This document shows positions 1-8,578 of a stretch of DNA of 64,000 nucleotides, one piece after another. Every line of letters starts with the position of its first letter. The stretch's first letter is position 1. The DNA comes from a virus. Where the stretch lies: the IMG/VR virus record IMGVR_UViG_3300035183_001040, positions 1 to 64,000 of that record. One strand, written 5' to 3'. The position numbers and the translations under genes are program-made. The notes under the pieces were generated by a model. It did not search any database. It was given only the letters and a program-made list of their open reading frames with translations, and was not told where the DNA came from.

Positions 1-266
1 ACCTCGCCGTCCGGGATCGCGCTCACGTCGATCCTGCGGACAGTTTTGAGCACCCGCGGTGCCTTTCGACGAATGTAGTCAGTCGCGGCGCGCACTCCGC
101 GCGTCTTCGCATACTCCAGGTATCTGTGCACGAAGATGCCGTAGAACTGCCCGAAGCTCGGCTTCGGGCGCTCGCACGAGTAAACGCCCGCGGCCGGGCA
201 AACCTCCAACCGCGGAATGTGCCGCGGCGTGAGCACGAAGTTCCTCGCCGACAAGCCTTGTGTCAT
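1..266 (-). CDS. PD-(D/E)XK (RecB/Cas4-like) nuclease, N-terminal part, truncated by window edge
   Basis: Own translation from ATG at 266: MTQGLSARNFVLTPRHIPRLEVCPAAGVYSCERPKPSFGQFYGIFVHRYLE, matching the 'CP...G..vH..lE' N-terminal signature; ATGA overlap with upstream gene. Confidence 0.55.
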   Translation of the reverse strand, partial: MTQGLSARNFVLTPRHIPRLEVCPAAGVYSCERPKPSFGQFYGIFVHRYLEYAKTRGVRAATDYIRRKAPRVLKTVRRIDVSAIPDGE

Positions 267-964
267 TTTCTAGGCAGGCGCAACGGATTGATGTCGATGT
301 GGTTGATTCGCATCGGCATCACGACGAGAACCACAGGCGCCAGCTTCGAGGAAAAGACGAACGGAGACAGCGGATCGATAGGAACCTCGATGTGAAGCTT
401 CGTCTCGTCGAAGAGCTTGAACATCTTGGTTGCGAGGGTGAGATACCTAGCGTCGATACCGACCCGCGAGAAGGCTTCATTGTTGGGCTTTTTAGGCGTC
501 GGAACCACATTCTCGTATCTCGGGAACGTATCGGCGGGGACCTTCTCCCACGTGCGAGCTCCGCTGTACCAGCGCATTCCTGCAAGCTTGTCGTCCTCGT
601 CGTAGACCGAAAGCTCTATCGTTGGCAGGTTACTGCACTCCTTCCACGCGGAAGCGATCTGGCTCGCCGGGACGAGAACGGCGCCGTCGCGAGCCGCGTT
701 GAATCCGTGATTTCCCACGGGCCAGTCGAAGTAGGCAAGCACGTGGCCATTCGTCGCGGCCAACTTCACCTTTCCGCCACGAACTCGAACGAGTACATGA
801 TTGAGGTAGGCGCGCTCCTCAACCTGCTTGTCGTCCTTGGCAGCGGCAAGAGACACCGCGTACAGAGCACGCAGACCGTCGATTCCGAAGTTGACAAGAT
901 ACTGGCTCGGTTGCGTTTCTGCGTTCTGCGCCTGCGTTTCTGCGTTCTGCACTTCTGCGCTCAT
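263..964 (-). CDS. DNA polymerase III beta-clamp-like protein (two domains only)
   Basis: Motifs ATNGHVLA (cf. ATDGHRLA), FPRYENVVP, GIDARYL and C-terminal VVMPMRI typical of DnaN domains 2-3; 233 aa. Confidence 0.75.
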   Translation of the reverse strand: MSAEVQNAETQAQNAETQPSQYLVNFGIDGLRALYAVSLAAAKDDKQVEERAYLNHVLVRVRGGKVKLAATNGHVLAYFDWPVGNHGFNAARDGAVLVPASQIASAWKECSNLPTIELSVYDEDDKLAGMRWYSGARTWEKVPADTFPRYENVVPTPKKPNNEAFSRVGIDARYLTLATKMFKLFDETKLHIEVPIDPLSPFVFSSKLAPVVLVVMPMRINHIDINPLRLPRK

Positions 965-969
965 AGCCT

Positions 970-1209
970 TTACCTCCTCTTCTCCTTCATCTCGTCTTCG
1001 ACTTCCTTGGCTGCGTGCTCGGTCCAAGCTCGCCTTACTTCATCGATTCTTGAGTCCTGGACTTCTATGTCAAAAAGACTCGTTCCCCATGAGAACTGCG
1101 CATTCAAAGCCTCGCGAAAGTCCTCGCTCAGGAACTGGCTACGGGTAAGGAAGCTAAGCACCTTCTCCAGGTCTGCATCCAACAGTTTCGCCAGCTCCGA
1201 GATGTTCAC
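970..1209 (-). CDS. Hypothetical protein, possible N-terminal HTH
   Basis: VNISELAKLLDADLEKV start; overlaps upstream stop (GTGA). Confidence 0.5.
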   Translation of the reverse strand: MNISELAKLLDADLEKVLSFLTRSQFLSEDFREALNAQFSWGTSLFDIEVQDSRIDEVRRAWTEHAAKEVEDEMKEKRR

Positions 1210-2483
1210 TCGGCCACCTCGACAAACGACCCCCACTCGATGTCCTTACCGGTGCGGGCGCACGCAGGCTTCCTGCTGTACTTCCCGACCAGGAGCCAAA
1301 TCACCTTCACACCGGGCGGCGGCAAAGACGGCGCAGGGCCGTGGCCATCCGTCGCGATGATGAGCACCTCAGGTCGCGGCTTCATCGCCAGCGTCTCCCG
1401 AAAGATCGGCTCGAAGTCGGTCCCACCTCCGCCGCGAACGTGCTTGAGTAGGTCACCTGCGCTGCGAACTCGCGCAACGCTGTGGACCTTCGCATCGCAT
1501 GCGATGAAGGTCGCCTCCGCACTCAGCGTTTGAAGCACTCCGGCCGCCTCGCGGAGCGCGTAGGACAGCTCGCGCTCGCTCATCGAACCGCTCGTGTCGA
1601 GCGCGAACGCGACACTCGGAATGGGGCGAACGCGACCGGCTACGATAGGCTTGCCCTCGCCAAACCCGATTCCCGCCTGACGTCTGCTCGGCCTACGAAA
1701 CGTGCGAGCAACCGCGCCCTGTCTGTATGCGATTGCGGAGCGGCACAGGACGGCGAGTTTCTTTCGCCAGTCCACCTTCTGTGGTTGGCGTTGGAGCTCC
1801 GCCCAGCGCCGAAGCCCCGTGGGCACGTCCCCTCGGCTCTTCTGGCGCTCTTCGATCTCCCGCGCAACCTGGGCACGGATGAGATCGAGCTCCTGTTCGC
1901 TGCGTCCGTCCTCCGGCGCTTCGTCCTCCAGACGCTTCTCGGCGTCGGACGGGGTGCCGGAGCACCCTCCGCACCTGCCGCTTCCTAGGCGGCGGCCGGA
2001 TTCGCCGTCCTGCTCCTCGTGGCTCGACTGCCCCTGCCTTTGCGCGCGGTCAAGGAGTTTTGCGTAGTACTCCTCGCCCGTGAGCCCCGTCTCGGCCGGG
2101 ATGTCCTTCGGCTGAAACCCGCCACCGTCGGGTAGCGCCAACCTCATCTCGACGAGGTCATCGTTGATGGCTGCGTCGTCGGCGAGGTTGAACAGCTTCG
2201 GGTCGAAGCTGTTCTCGGCGCACCTCGCATGCGTTCGCCGCAGAACGTGCTGCACCTCGTGGATGAGCACGGCAGCCAGTTCATCGACCGACCAGCGCTC
2301 GATTGCGCCTCGCTCCCATAGCAGTACGGCGCGCGAGGTGACAGCGATTGTGGTTTGGCCCTCGCCCATGAGCGTTCCGTCCGGCACCTCCTTCGGCACA
2401 AGCGCCATGAGCGCCGCGTTGAAGTAAGGCACGCGAATCGACGCGAACATGCGCGCCATGGCCAGTTTGGTAAGCGCGCTCAT
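1206..2483 (-). CDS. vWA-domain protein with N-terminal HExxH metallopeptidase-like domain (DUF2201-like)
   Basis: LIHEVQH, NLADDAAIND, DWRKKL, RPSRR, MIDAS DTSGSM, GGGGTDF, ATDG. Confidence 0.85.
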   Translation of the reverse strand: MSALTKLAMARMFASIRVPYFNAALMALVPKEVPDGTLMGEGQTTIAVTSRAVLLWERGAIERWSVDELAAVLIHEVQHVLRRTHARCAENSFDPKLFNLADDAAINDDLVEMRLALPDGGGFQPKDIPAETGLTGEEYYAKLLDRAQRQGQSSHEEQDGESGRRLGSGRCGGCSGTPSDAEKRLEDEAPEDGRSEQELDLIRAQVAREIEERQKSRGDVPTGLRRWAELQRQPQKVDWRKKLAVLCRSAIAYRQGAVARTFRRPSRRQAGIGFGEGKPIVAGRVRPIPSVAFALDTSGSMSERELSYALREAAGVLQTLSAEATFIACDAKVHSVARVRSAGDLLKHVRGGGGTDFEPIFRETLAMKPRPEVLIIATDGHGPAPSLPPPGVKVIWLLVGKYSRKPACARTGKDIEWGSFVEVAE

Positions 2484-3682
2484 CGGCGACCTCGCGCCCG
2501 CGCCTCGATCATGACATTGAGCGCGGCCAGTACCTTTCGCGCCTCGGAGGTGTTCACGCCGATGCCGCGCTTGACCAACGGCTCCGCCGCCTGCCAGACG
2601 ATGTCTTTGGCCGAAGAGCACGTCTCGTCAAGCAGTCTCCACATCGTTTCGACATGCTCCGCTGCCGGCTTGGGCGTGTTGCAGAGCAGCGCCGCGCACG
2701 CCGAGAGCACGGCAAAGGTGCGGTCGAGGCGTGCAGGTTCATGCGCCCACTTCACCTTGCCCGAGAGCACGTCGGCCGGATCGGGAAGGTCAGCCTTCGC
2801 GCGGAACTCGACGAATTCGCCCGCTGCTGCGCTACCGACGAACGCTGACGTGAGCGCGACCGAATCGGCTTCGCCAAGGCCGTGAATGGCCGAAGACGCG
2901 AGAGCGCGCGTTGCCATGTGCCACGTCCGCGGCGACGGCCACGCTCGCCCCGCCGCAGGGTCTCCTTCCGCCGGCTGCTTGAGCAGCAGGTGCGGGCGAG
3001 CGCGCACGAAGGCGGCGACGAGCCCTTTGGCCTTGGCAACCTCCGCAGGCCACGCCTGCATCACCCGCGCTTCCTCCGCCGCGCAGCTGAACTGCGGCTC
3101 TCCTGCTCCCTCCGCGCCGCCCGAAGAGGTCGCGAACACCGCCTCCTCCTCAACCAGCCAGCGTGCCCACTCCTGGGCGCTCGGCGGTTCCCACGACATG
3201 TGCCCGAAGCGGTTTGCGAGCGCTGGCGGAAGGTCCCACCCGCCCGCAGCCTGCTCGACCGGGTTTGCGGCGCCGAGCGGGCGCACGCCACGCCCGAGGT
3301 AGTGCGAGCCGATGCGCCGCGCCTCGATGAGGCCGAGCAGCGCTGGCTGCACATCCGGCGTCGCCGTGTTCAGCTCGTCGACGAACACGATGCCTTTGCC
3401 GTCCGTGTCGTCGAACATGTCGCACCAGTCCGGCTTCGGATACGAGAGAGACTGCGTGCCGTCTTTCTTCTTCTGCGGGACAGGCACGACACCGAACGCC
3501 GCCTCCCCGCGCTCTCCGGGCGAGAGCGTTTCGACGTGCATCCCGTACGCTCTGCCGAGCCCTTCGATGATGCTGCTCTTGCCGATGCCCGGTGGACCCC
3601 AGAACAGCATCGGCAACCCCCACCCTCGTGGCCCCGGCGTGAAGCACGCCACGTGCAGGATTTTTCGCGTTCTATCACTCAT
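2480..3682 (-). CDS. MoxR-type AAA+ ATPase
   Basis: Walker A GPPGIGKS, Walker B VFVDE, AANP, LPPALANRF, PSPRTW; adjacent to vWA gene. Confidence 0.88.
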   Translation of the reverse strand: MSDRTRKILHVACFTPGPRGWGLPMLFWGPPGIGKSSIIEGLGRAYGMHVETLSPGERGEAAFGVVPVPQKKKDGTQSLSYPKPDWCDMFDDTDGKGIVFVDELNTATPDVQPALLGLIEARRIGSHYLGRGVRPLGAANPVEQAAGGWDLPPALANRFGHMSWEPPSAQEWARWLVEEEAVFATSSGGAEGAGEPQFSCAAEEARVMQAWPAEVAKAKGLVAAFVRARPHLLLKQPAEGDPAAGRAWPSPRTWHMATRALASSAIHGLGEADSVALTSAFVGSAAAGEFVEFRAKADLPDPADVLSGKVKWAHEPARLDRTFAVLSACAALLCNTPKPAAEHVETMWRLLDETCSSAKDIVWQAAEPLVKRGIGVNTSEARKVLAALNVMIEARARGRR

Positions 3683-3727
3683 GACTTCCTCCTCTCGTAT
3701 CTGTCAAAAATATCGAATCGCGTATCG

Positions 3728-4192
3728 TCAGTATCCAAGCACTCTGCGCAGACGTTCGGCGCGCACTTCGAGTCTGTGAATCGTCCCTAACAGATCGACC
3801 TTGCGGACGCCTCGCGCGCGCATAGCTTTCTCCTTCGCCTTGTTCAGGCGCGCCACGGTTCTTTCGTACCGCAAGAACTCAAGCGTCTTGCGCCTCGCCG
3901 CCATGACTTCCGTCGGGGAAGTCCCGTTGCGGAAAACCACGTCGATGCCGTCCTCCACGTAGCGGCGCACACCGGCGCACTGAGCAGCGTGTTCTCTGCC
4001 GTTGCCGTATCCGAAACCGGGATTGCCGCATCCGAGGCATCGGGTCGTCGTGTCCGAAATGAATCCTCGAACAGGCGGCGCGGAAGGATAGGCCTTGTAG
4101 TAGCCGAGCCGGAACAGTTTCAGCCGAATTTCGGGAGACATCTCGGCCAGCGTCGAAAGCCCATCCCTGCCGTAGGATCTCAGATCCACCAT
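3728..4192 (-). CDS. Hypothetical protein with possible Zn-binding motif
   Basis: 154-aa ORF with CLGC...H...C. Confidence 0.55.
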   Translation of the reverse strand: MVDLRSYGRDGLSTLAEMSPEIRLKLFRLGYYKAYPSAPPVRGFISDTTTRCLGCGNPGFGYGNGREHAAQCAGVRRYVEDGIDVVFRNGTSPTEVMAARRKTLEFLRYERTVARLNKAKEKAMRARGVRKVDLLGTIHRLEVRAERLRRVLGY

Positions 4193-4407
4193 CGGTGTGC
4201 ACCCCTTGTCTTATGCGGTCCCGGCGGAATTTTTCGCTCGTGTGCCGAACGCGAGGAAAAATTCTCGCAGAACCTCGTCGAACTTCGTTTCGAACCCGCT
4301 CGAACCGGCAAATCGCCAAACCGCCGGAGACTCGAACCGCGCCTTCGAAAATTCTCGGAGAACGAAACCCGCGAGCGCGACGAAGTCGCGCCGCGGCTTC
4401 TGAGTGA

Positions 4408-4430
4408 GGTTCTATACTTCGTATAGAACC
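4408..4430. repeat. Perfect 10-bp inverted repeat GGTTCTATAC-TTC-GTATAGAACC beside an AT-rich tract
   Basis: Read directly; AT-rich run follows at ~4436-4480. Confidence 0.9.
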
Positions 4431-4487
4431 GAACGAAGAAGTTAATTTAAATCAACAAAATGCAAATCGAAAAGTTAACTGGCGCCG

Positions 4488-4530
4488 CTAAATCGCTTCG
4501 CGATTTAGTCGCTCCGGCGAAACTTGTCAA
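4488..4530 (-). promoter_or_regulatory. Promoter-palindrome element, copy 1
   Basis: Minus strand TTGACA(4530-4525)-N17-TAAATC; palindrome CTAAATCGC-GAA-GCGATTTAG at 4488-4508. Confidence 0.7.
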
Positions 4531-4988
4531 GGGACCTCCTCGGGGTCCCCGTCGATGGGACCCCGGAATTTCCCTTGTTTCGTGCGCGTTCTTTGATCCA
4601 CCGCAAGGTTTTGTACGATTTCTTTGACGCCGCCCCTCTTGCGTGCTAAGTCGCGAAGCGACTTAGTCGTTCCGCCGGAAATTCCGTTCGCCTGCGGCTT
4701 GACCTTCGACGAGGGCGATGCTAAGTCGCGAAGCGACTTAGTCGTTTTCCGGGAAATTCTGCGCGGCTGAAGTAGCCCGTAGACGTCGCGTTTCAGCTCC
4801 TGCAGCCAGAGAAGCCACGCATCCCGGTTCGGTGCGGGCAACGTCTGGACCTGCATTTGGGCGAGCGCGAAGACGTAAAACAGGTGCCTGCGCGCGAGCT
4901 CCTTTCGGGTTGGGCTCTTGGCGCTGCTCAGGCGTGCGACCGCGCCGTCGTTTGCCGGCGCGCGGTTCGGGAGCCTCCACGTGCTCAC
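4527..4988 (-). CDS. Hypothetical protein (C-terminal half runs through regulatory repeats)
   Basis: GTG start overlapping upstream stop; repeated TTKSLRDLA is simply the translation of the palindromes. Confidence 0.4.
   Translation of the reverse strand: MSTWRLPNRAPANDGAVARLSSAKSPTRKELARRHLFYVFALAQMQVQTLPAPNRDAWLLWLQELKRDVYGLLQPRRISRKTTKSLRDLASPSSKVKPQANGISGGTTKSLRDLARKRGGVKEIVQNLAVDQRTRTKQGKFRGPIDGDPEEVP
4624..4666 (+). promoter_or_regulatory. Promoter-palindrome element, copy 2
   Basis: TTGACG(4624)-N17-TAAGTC; CTAAGTCGC-GAA-GCGACTTAG at 4646-4666. Confidence 0.7.
4699..4741 (+). promoter_or_regulatory. Promoter-palindrome element, copy 3
   Basis: TTGACC(4699)-N17-TAAGTC; CTAAGTCGC-GAA-GCGACTTAG at 4721-4741. 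Confidence 0.7.
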
Positions 4989-5872
4989 TGCTCCTCCTCG
5001 GCGATGATTTTCGCCTCGGTGACCTTCGCCCTGAGCCCTTCGACGGCTTCGCGAAGCTTCTCCAACCGCGCCCCGACGAGCTCCTCGTACGTGCCGAGTT
5101 TGGAGAGCATCTCCTGGCACCTGTCCGCCCTCGCTTCGAGGGCGCGCTTTCCGATGCCGCTTGCGATGTCCTGCTCGATCTTTTTCGCGTCCTGCTCGAT
5201 TTCTTCCGCGAGCGCGTGGATGATCGCAAGCGCAGCCTGAGGGCTGCGCATCGCTGGCACCTCTTCAACAGTGCAGGTCGAGATGGAGTGCATGACCTCG
5301 CAGAACCTGTGCCAGTCACGTGCGAACTTGTGCGGGATGAAGTACACGCCGCCGGCGCTTCGCAGCCTGACAGGCGAAAAGTTCCAGACATACGCCGAGA
5401 TCCACGACGAGATGTCGGACGTGTCGAGAAGCATCGTGTTGTTCAGCATCCTCCCCTCGACCCAGTCCCGGAACGTCCGTTCGTTGCCTAGCGTGGGTTT
5501 CCACCCCGGGTTGAACCACCACTGCACGCTTCCGCCTTCGAGCCACGCGCTGCACCACGATTCCTGCTTCCGGTGCACGTCGGGATCTTCCTCGGTCGAG
5601 ACGTCTGCGAGAATCGTGTACCCTGACTTGCCTTTGAGCGGGATCACGCGCTCTCGCGCTGCCGCTGCTTTCATGGCGCGGTGCAGCGCCGCAACTGGGC
5701 TCACGGCAGGCGGCAGGTGGTTCGGGTCGAACGCTGCGACTGCCCACGCCCGTTTCAGCGTCTCGTGGTGGATTTCGCCGCTGAGCGTCCACCACGTGAT
5801 GACGCCTGCCTGGTGTTCCTCCATGAGCGCCTCGTCGCTCCACGGAACTGCGACTAGATCTCTGATTGCCAT
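4985..5872 (-). CDS. DUF6744/DUF3150-like protein
   Basis: GVITWWTLSG, LPPAVSPVAALHRA, LRSAGGVYFIP and C-terminal coiled coil; family usually near AAA/vWA genes in mobile elements. Confidence 0.6.
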   Translation of the reverse strand: MAIRDLVAVPWSDEALMEEHQAGVITWWTLSGEIHHETLKRAWAVAAFDPNHLPPAVSPVAALHRAMKAAAARERVIPLKGKSGYTILADVSTEEDPDVHRKQESWCSAWLEGGSVQWWFNPGWKPTLGNERTFRDWVEGRMLNNTMLLDTSDISSWISAYVWNFSPVRLRSAGGVYFIPHKFARDWHRFCEVMHSISTCTVEEVPAMRSPQAALAIIHALAEEIEQDAKKIEQDIASGIGKRALEARADRCQEMLSKLGTYEELVGARLEKLREAVEGLRAKVTEAKIIAEEEQ

Positions 5873-5907
5873 TTTTGGTCCTCCTCTCTATCTGGTTGTT
5901 TCCTTTT

Positions 5908-6426
5908 TCAGATCACGATAGCGTGCGCGGTCACTCGTGCCACATACGCCGAGTCGTACGCAGTCGCCTCAGCCGAGTCATGGGTAACCACCAGCGCCTT
6001 GTCGTATGCAAGCACACGCGCCGAGTCGTACGCTCTCACCTCCGACGTGCCGTAGGCGGTCACATGCGCTGTGCCATAGGCGACGGCAACGCCGCTGCGC
6101 ACTTCATGCGTTCCGGCGCTGAATATCTGGCGCGCCGCAAGCTCGGAGTCTGTGGCGACGCGGAGCAGTCGGCACCGCCTCGCTGCCACCTTGCGACTTC
6201 GAAAGTCGTCGAAGGAGCCTACGATGCCTTCCGCTTCCGCGACGTATACCGTGCAGCCTCGCACCCACCAGATCGCCGGCGTGTCCGTGAGGTGGAATCC
6301 GTTGCGGCACGGGATCACGGGGCCGTCCACCTCGTGCCACTCGCCGGGCTTGTCAGCATCGGGCAAGGACCACTGCATCTTGCCACCATAGTGTGACCTG
6401 CCATTGACCAGAACCTTGAACAGCAT
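5908..6426 (-). CDS. Phage protein with CxxGFH domain and 8-aa repeats
   Basis: PCRNGFHL motif followed by AYGTAHVT-type repeats. Confidence 0.65.
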   Translation of the reverse strand: MLFKVLVNGRSHYGGKMQWSLPDADKPGEWHEVDGPVIPCRNGFHLTDTPAIWWVRGCTVYVAEAEGIVGSFDDFRSRKVAARRCRLLRVATDSELAARQIFSAGTHEVRSGVAVAYGTAHVTAYGTSEVRAYDSARVLAYDKALVVTHDSAEATAYDSAYVARVTAHAIVI

Positions 6427-6454
6427 CTACGAGTTTCTCCTTTCCCGGTCTGCC

Positions 6455-7096
6455 TCAATCGTTCCGCTCGACCTGCGCATCGTCATGCGTGGTCACATGC
6501 GCATTGTCGCGAGCGATGACTCGTGCAGAGTCGTGCGCGACGACCCGTGTATAGTCGTGCGCGGTCACCTCCGCTTTTCCGTACGCTGTCACCAGCGCCC
6601 AGCCGTAGGCATCTACCTGCGCATCGTCGCGTGCATCCACCTGCGCCGAGTCGTTCGCGGTTACCCGTACCAAGTCGTACGCATCCACCTGCGAATCGCC
6701 GCAGGCGATCACCTGCGCCCTCCCGTACGCGTCCACGCTCGCCCAGTCGCAGGCGGTCACCTGCGCGTCGTACGCGGTCACCTGTACATAATCGTGTGCT
6801 GTCACCCTCGCCCAATCGTAAGCGAACACCTGCGCCGAGTAGTGCGCGTCCACCTGCGCTGAGTCATGCGCATCTACATGCACAGCGCCTCGAACGGTAG
6901 CCTGCGCCGCGTCTAAGACGGTCACTCGCGCCCTCCCGTACGCGATCACTTCAGCCCGCCCGTACGCGATAACACGCGCTGAGTCGTACGCTGTCACATG
7001 CGCATCGTAGCGGGCGATCACCTCCGCCGTGCCTCGGGCGATGACAGTACCCGCGTGCACTTCGTGAGTTCCTAAATAGAATTCCCGCGTGCTCAT
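6455..7096 (-). CDS. 8-aa repeat (predicted beta-solenoid) protein
   Basis: More than 20 tandem copies of V(T/D/I)A(Y/H)(D/G)xA(Q/R); 24-nt periodicity visible in DNA. Confidence 0.75.
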   Translation of the reverse strand: MSTREFYLGTHEVHAGTVIARGTAEVIARYDAHVTAYDSARVIAYGRAEVIAYGRARVTVLDAAQATVRGAVHVDAHDSAQVDAHYSAQVFAYDWARVTAHDYVQVTAYDAQVTACDWASVDAYGRAQVIACGDSQVDAYDLVRVTANDSAQVDARDDAQVDAYGWALVTAYGKAEVTAHDYTRVVAHDSARVIARDNAHVTTHDDAQVERND

Positions 7097-7305
7097 TGCC
7101 TTCCTCTCCGAGCAGGTATCGGCCGCGTCTGCTCATGAATCTCTAGGTGCGTGCGCCAAGTGCTTGGTCGCAAAAGGGGGACCGCAATGTGCGTGTGGAC
7201 GGTTGAGCAGTTTGCACAAACCATCCACGTCGCCCCATCGATCACCTGTACATCAAGCAGGTAGCATGCGCACGGGCAGACAGCAGTGTTCGTGGTCGTT
7301 TTCAT
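7093..7305 (-). CDS. Small Cys-rich hypothetical protein
   Basis: CPCAC and CANC; coupled start/stop with neighbours. Confidence 0.55.
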   Translation of the reverse strand: MKTTTNTAVCPCACYLLDVQVIDGATWMVCANCSTVHTHIAVPLLRPSTWRTHLEIHEQTRPIPARRGRQ

Positions 7306-7559
7306 AACTTCTCCATCATCGGCTCCCTCTCGCGCTCGGGTGCAGTTGTGACGCTCGCACCTAGAAGCTCACTGGTGGCGGCGCCTCGAAACCGGCAGCG
7401 GAGCCGAGCAGCGCTGCGAACGTGGACGGTCCTGCCCGTGGCGAGGTTGGTAGCGTCCCATCCACCATAAGGAGACTCTCGGTCGATGCGGATTGACACC
7501 ACGCGTCTGCTAACTTTGGCGGCGTACACGCCGCCAATCTCCACCTCGTCCTTCCTCAT
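7302..7559 (-). CDS. Hypothetical protein (small beta-barrel-like)
   Basis: [17 protein letters not shown]...[23 protein letters not shown]; AGGAGA RBS upstream. Confidence 0.65.
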   Translation of the reverse strand: MRKDEVEIGGVYAAKVSRRVVSIRIDRESPYGGWDATNLATGRTVHVRSAARLRCRFRGAATSELLGASVTTAPEREREPMMEKL

Positions 7560-7591
7560 AACCTTTCTCCTTTCCTCATCAAACGGCGAGG

Positions 7592-8014
7592 TTAGCGGCG
7601 CACCGCCTTCGCGCTTTTCCAGTCCTCGGAGAGCTGCACGTGGTGCCCTTGCGTGCAGAGCCTGTAGCCCGGCACGTACCCAGCCTCGTACCAGACCAGT
7701 GCCCGTCCGCATCCCTTGTGCGGGCACGGCACCCACGCACCGTAGTCGCGCTGCACCTCTTCCGGTGGCCATTCGCCTGGGTACGGCGGCTCCGAAACGA
7801 GCCTCAACCCCCAGTGCTGGTGTTCTCCCTCTCCGATGCACACCTCGATGATGCCCGGAGGCACAATGCCGCGGAGTTCGACGTCGAAGACGGGAAAGCC
7901 AAACTCTCCCACCCCCGAGGACTTGATGCGGCTTCCCGCGCGTTCGAGCGCCTCGCGCACTGGAACGGTCATGCGCAAGCCGGTGTACACGGGCGGTTCG
8001 GCGATCGCCTTCAT
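7592..8014 (-). CDS. Hypothetical protein with C-terminal Zn-finger-like motif
   Basis: CPHKGC...C..GH; GAGGA RBS. Confidence 0.6.
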   Translation of the reverse strand: MKAIAEPPVYTGLRMTVPVREALERAGSRIKSSGVGEFGFPVFDVELRGIVPPGIIEVCIGEGEHQHWGLRLVSEPPYPGEWPPEEVQRDYGAWVPCPHKGCGRALVWYEAGYVPGYRLCTQGHHVQLSEDWKSAKAVRR

Positions 8015-8030
8015 GGTTTCCTCCTCTCAC

Positions 8031-8360
8031 TCAAAACTTGTCGACGAGTTCGGCGCGCACAACGCCGAGCCGCTTGTCTTCTCGCTGGGCGAGAAATGCG
8101 GCGTGCTTGCGCGCCATCCTGTACGCCCGCTCCTCTGTCATGATGCAGAGGCTTCCGGTCGTGGCGTCGAATCCTCGGTCGAAGGTTGCATCATATCGAG
8201 CCCGGATGAGCAGCGGTTCGCCCCTGTCCGAAAGTTCGTAGACTTCGTAGCGCACGAATGGTCGCCGATGACAAACGGTGCACTCCGATTCGGGCGGGCA
8301 CCCGGGCTCGTGCGTCTCTCCGTAGTGGTCCTCGTAGCTGCATGCGGGTTCTCTTGTCAT
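8031..8360 (-). CDS. Hypothetical protein
   Basis: MTREPACS start with GGAGG RBS; Cys/His cluster. Confidence 0.55.
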   Translation of the reverse strand: MTREPACSYEDHYGETHEPGCPPESECTVCHRRPFVRYEVYELSDRGEPLLIRARYDATFDRGFDATTGSLCIMTEERAYRMARKHAAFLAQREDKRLGVVRAELVDKF

Positions 8361-8578
8361 GGGTTTCCTCCTCTCTTCTTTGCGATGAATGCTCGCCGAG
8401 CTCTCAGATCCTCGTCTTCGGCGAGCCAGCGAAAGAGCGTCCTGGTGCCGATGTTGAGTCGGCGCGCGGTGCGTTCGATGTGCCCTTGCTCGGCCACGAA
8501 CGCGGCCGAGACGGTGTCCAGCCATCGTTTTCTGTCGGCCTCTTTGAGGGCCGACAGCATCGGGTTGTATGACTTCAC
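8357..8578 (-). CDS. Fis-type (HTH_8) DNA-binding protein
   Basis: AFVAEQGHIERTARRLNIGTRTLFRWL matches the Fis/bEBP C-terminal HTH pattern. Confidence 0.7.
   Translation of the reverse strand: MKSYNPMLSALKEADRKRWLDTVSAAFVAEQGHIERTARRLNIGTRTLFRWLAEDEDLRARRAFIAKKRGGNP

Noticed and set aside
6455-7096. 24-nt periodic repeats as a CRISPR array
   Set aside because: Degenerate in-frame coding repeats without unique spacers; no cas genes
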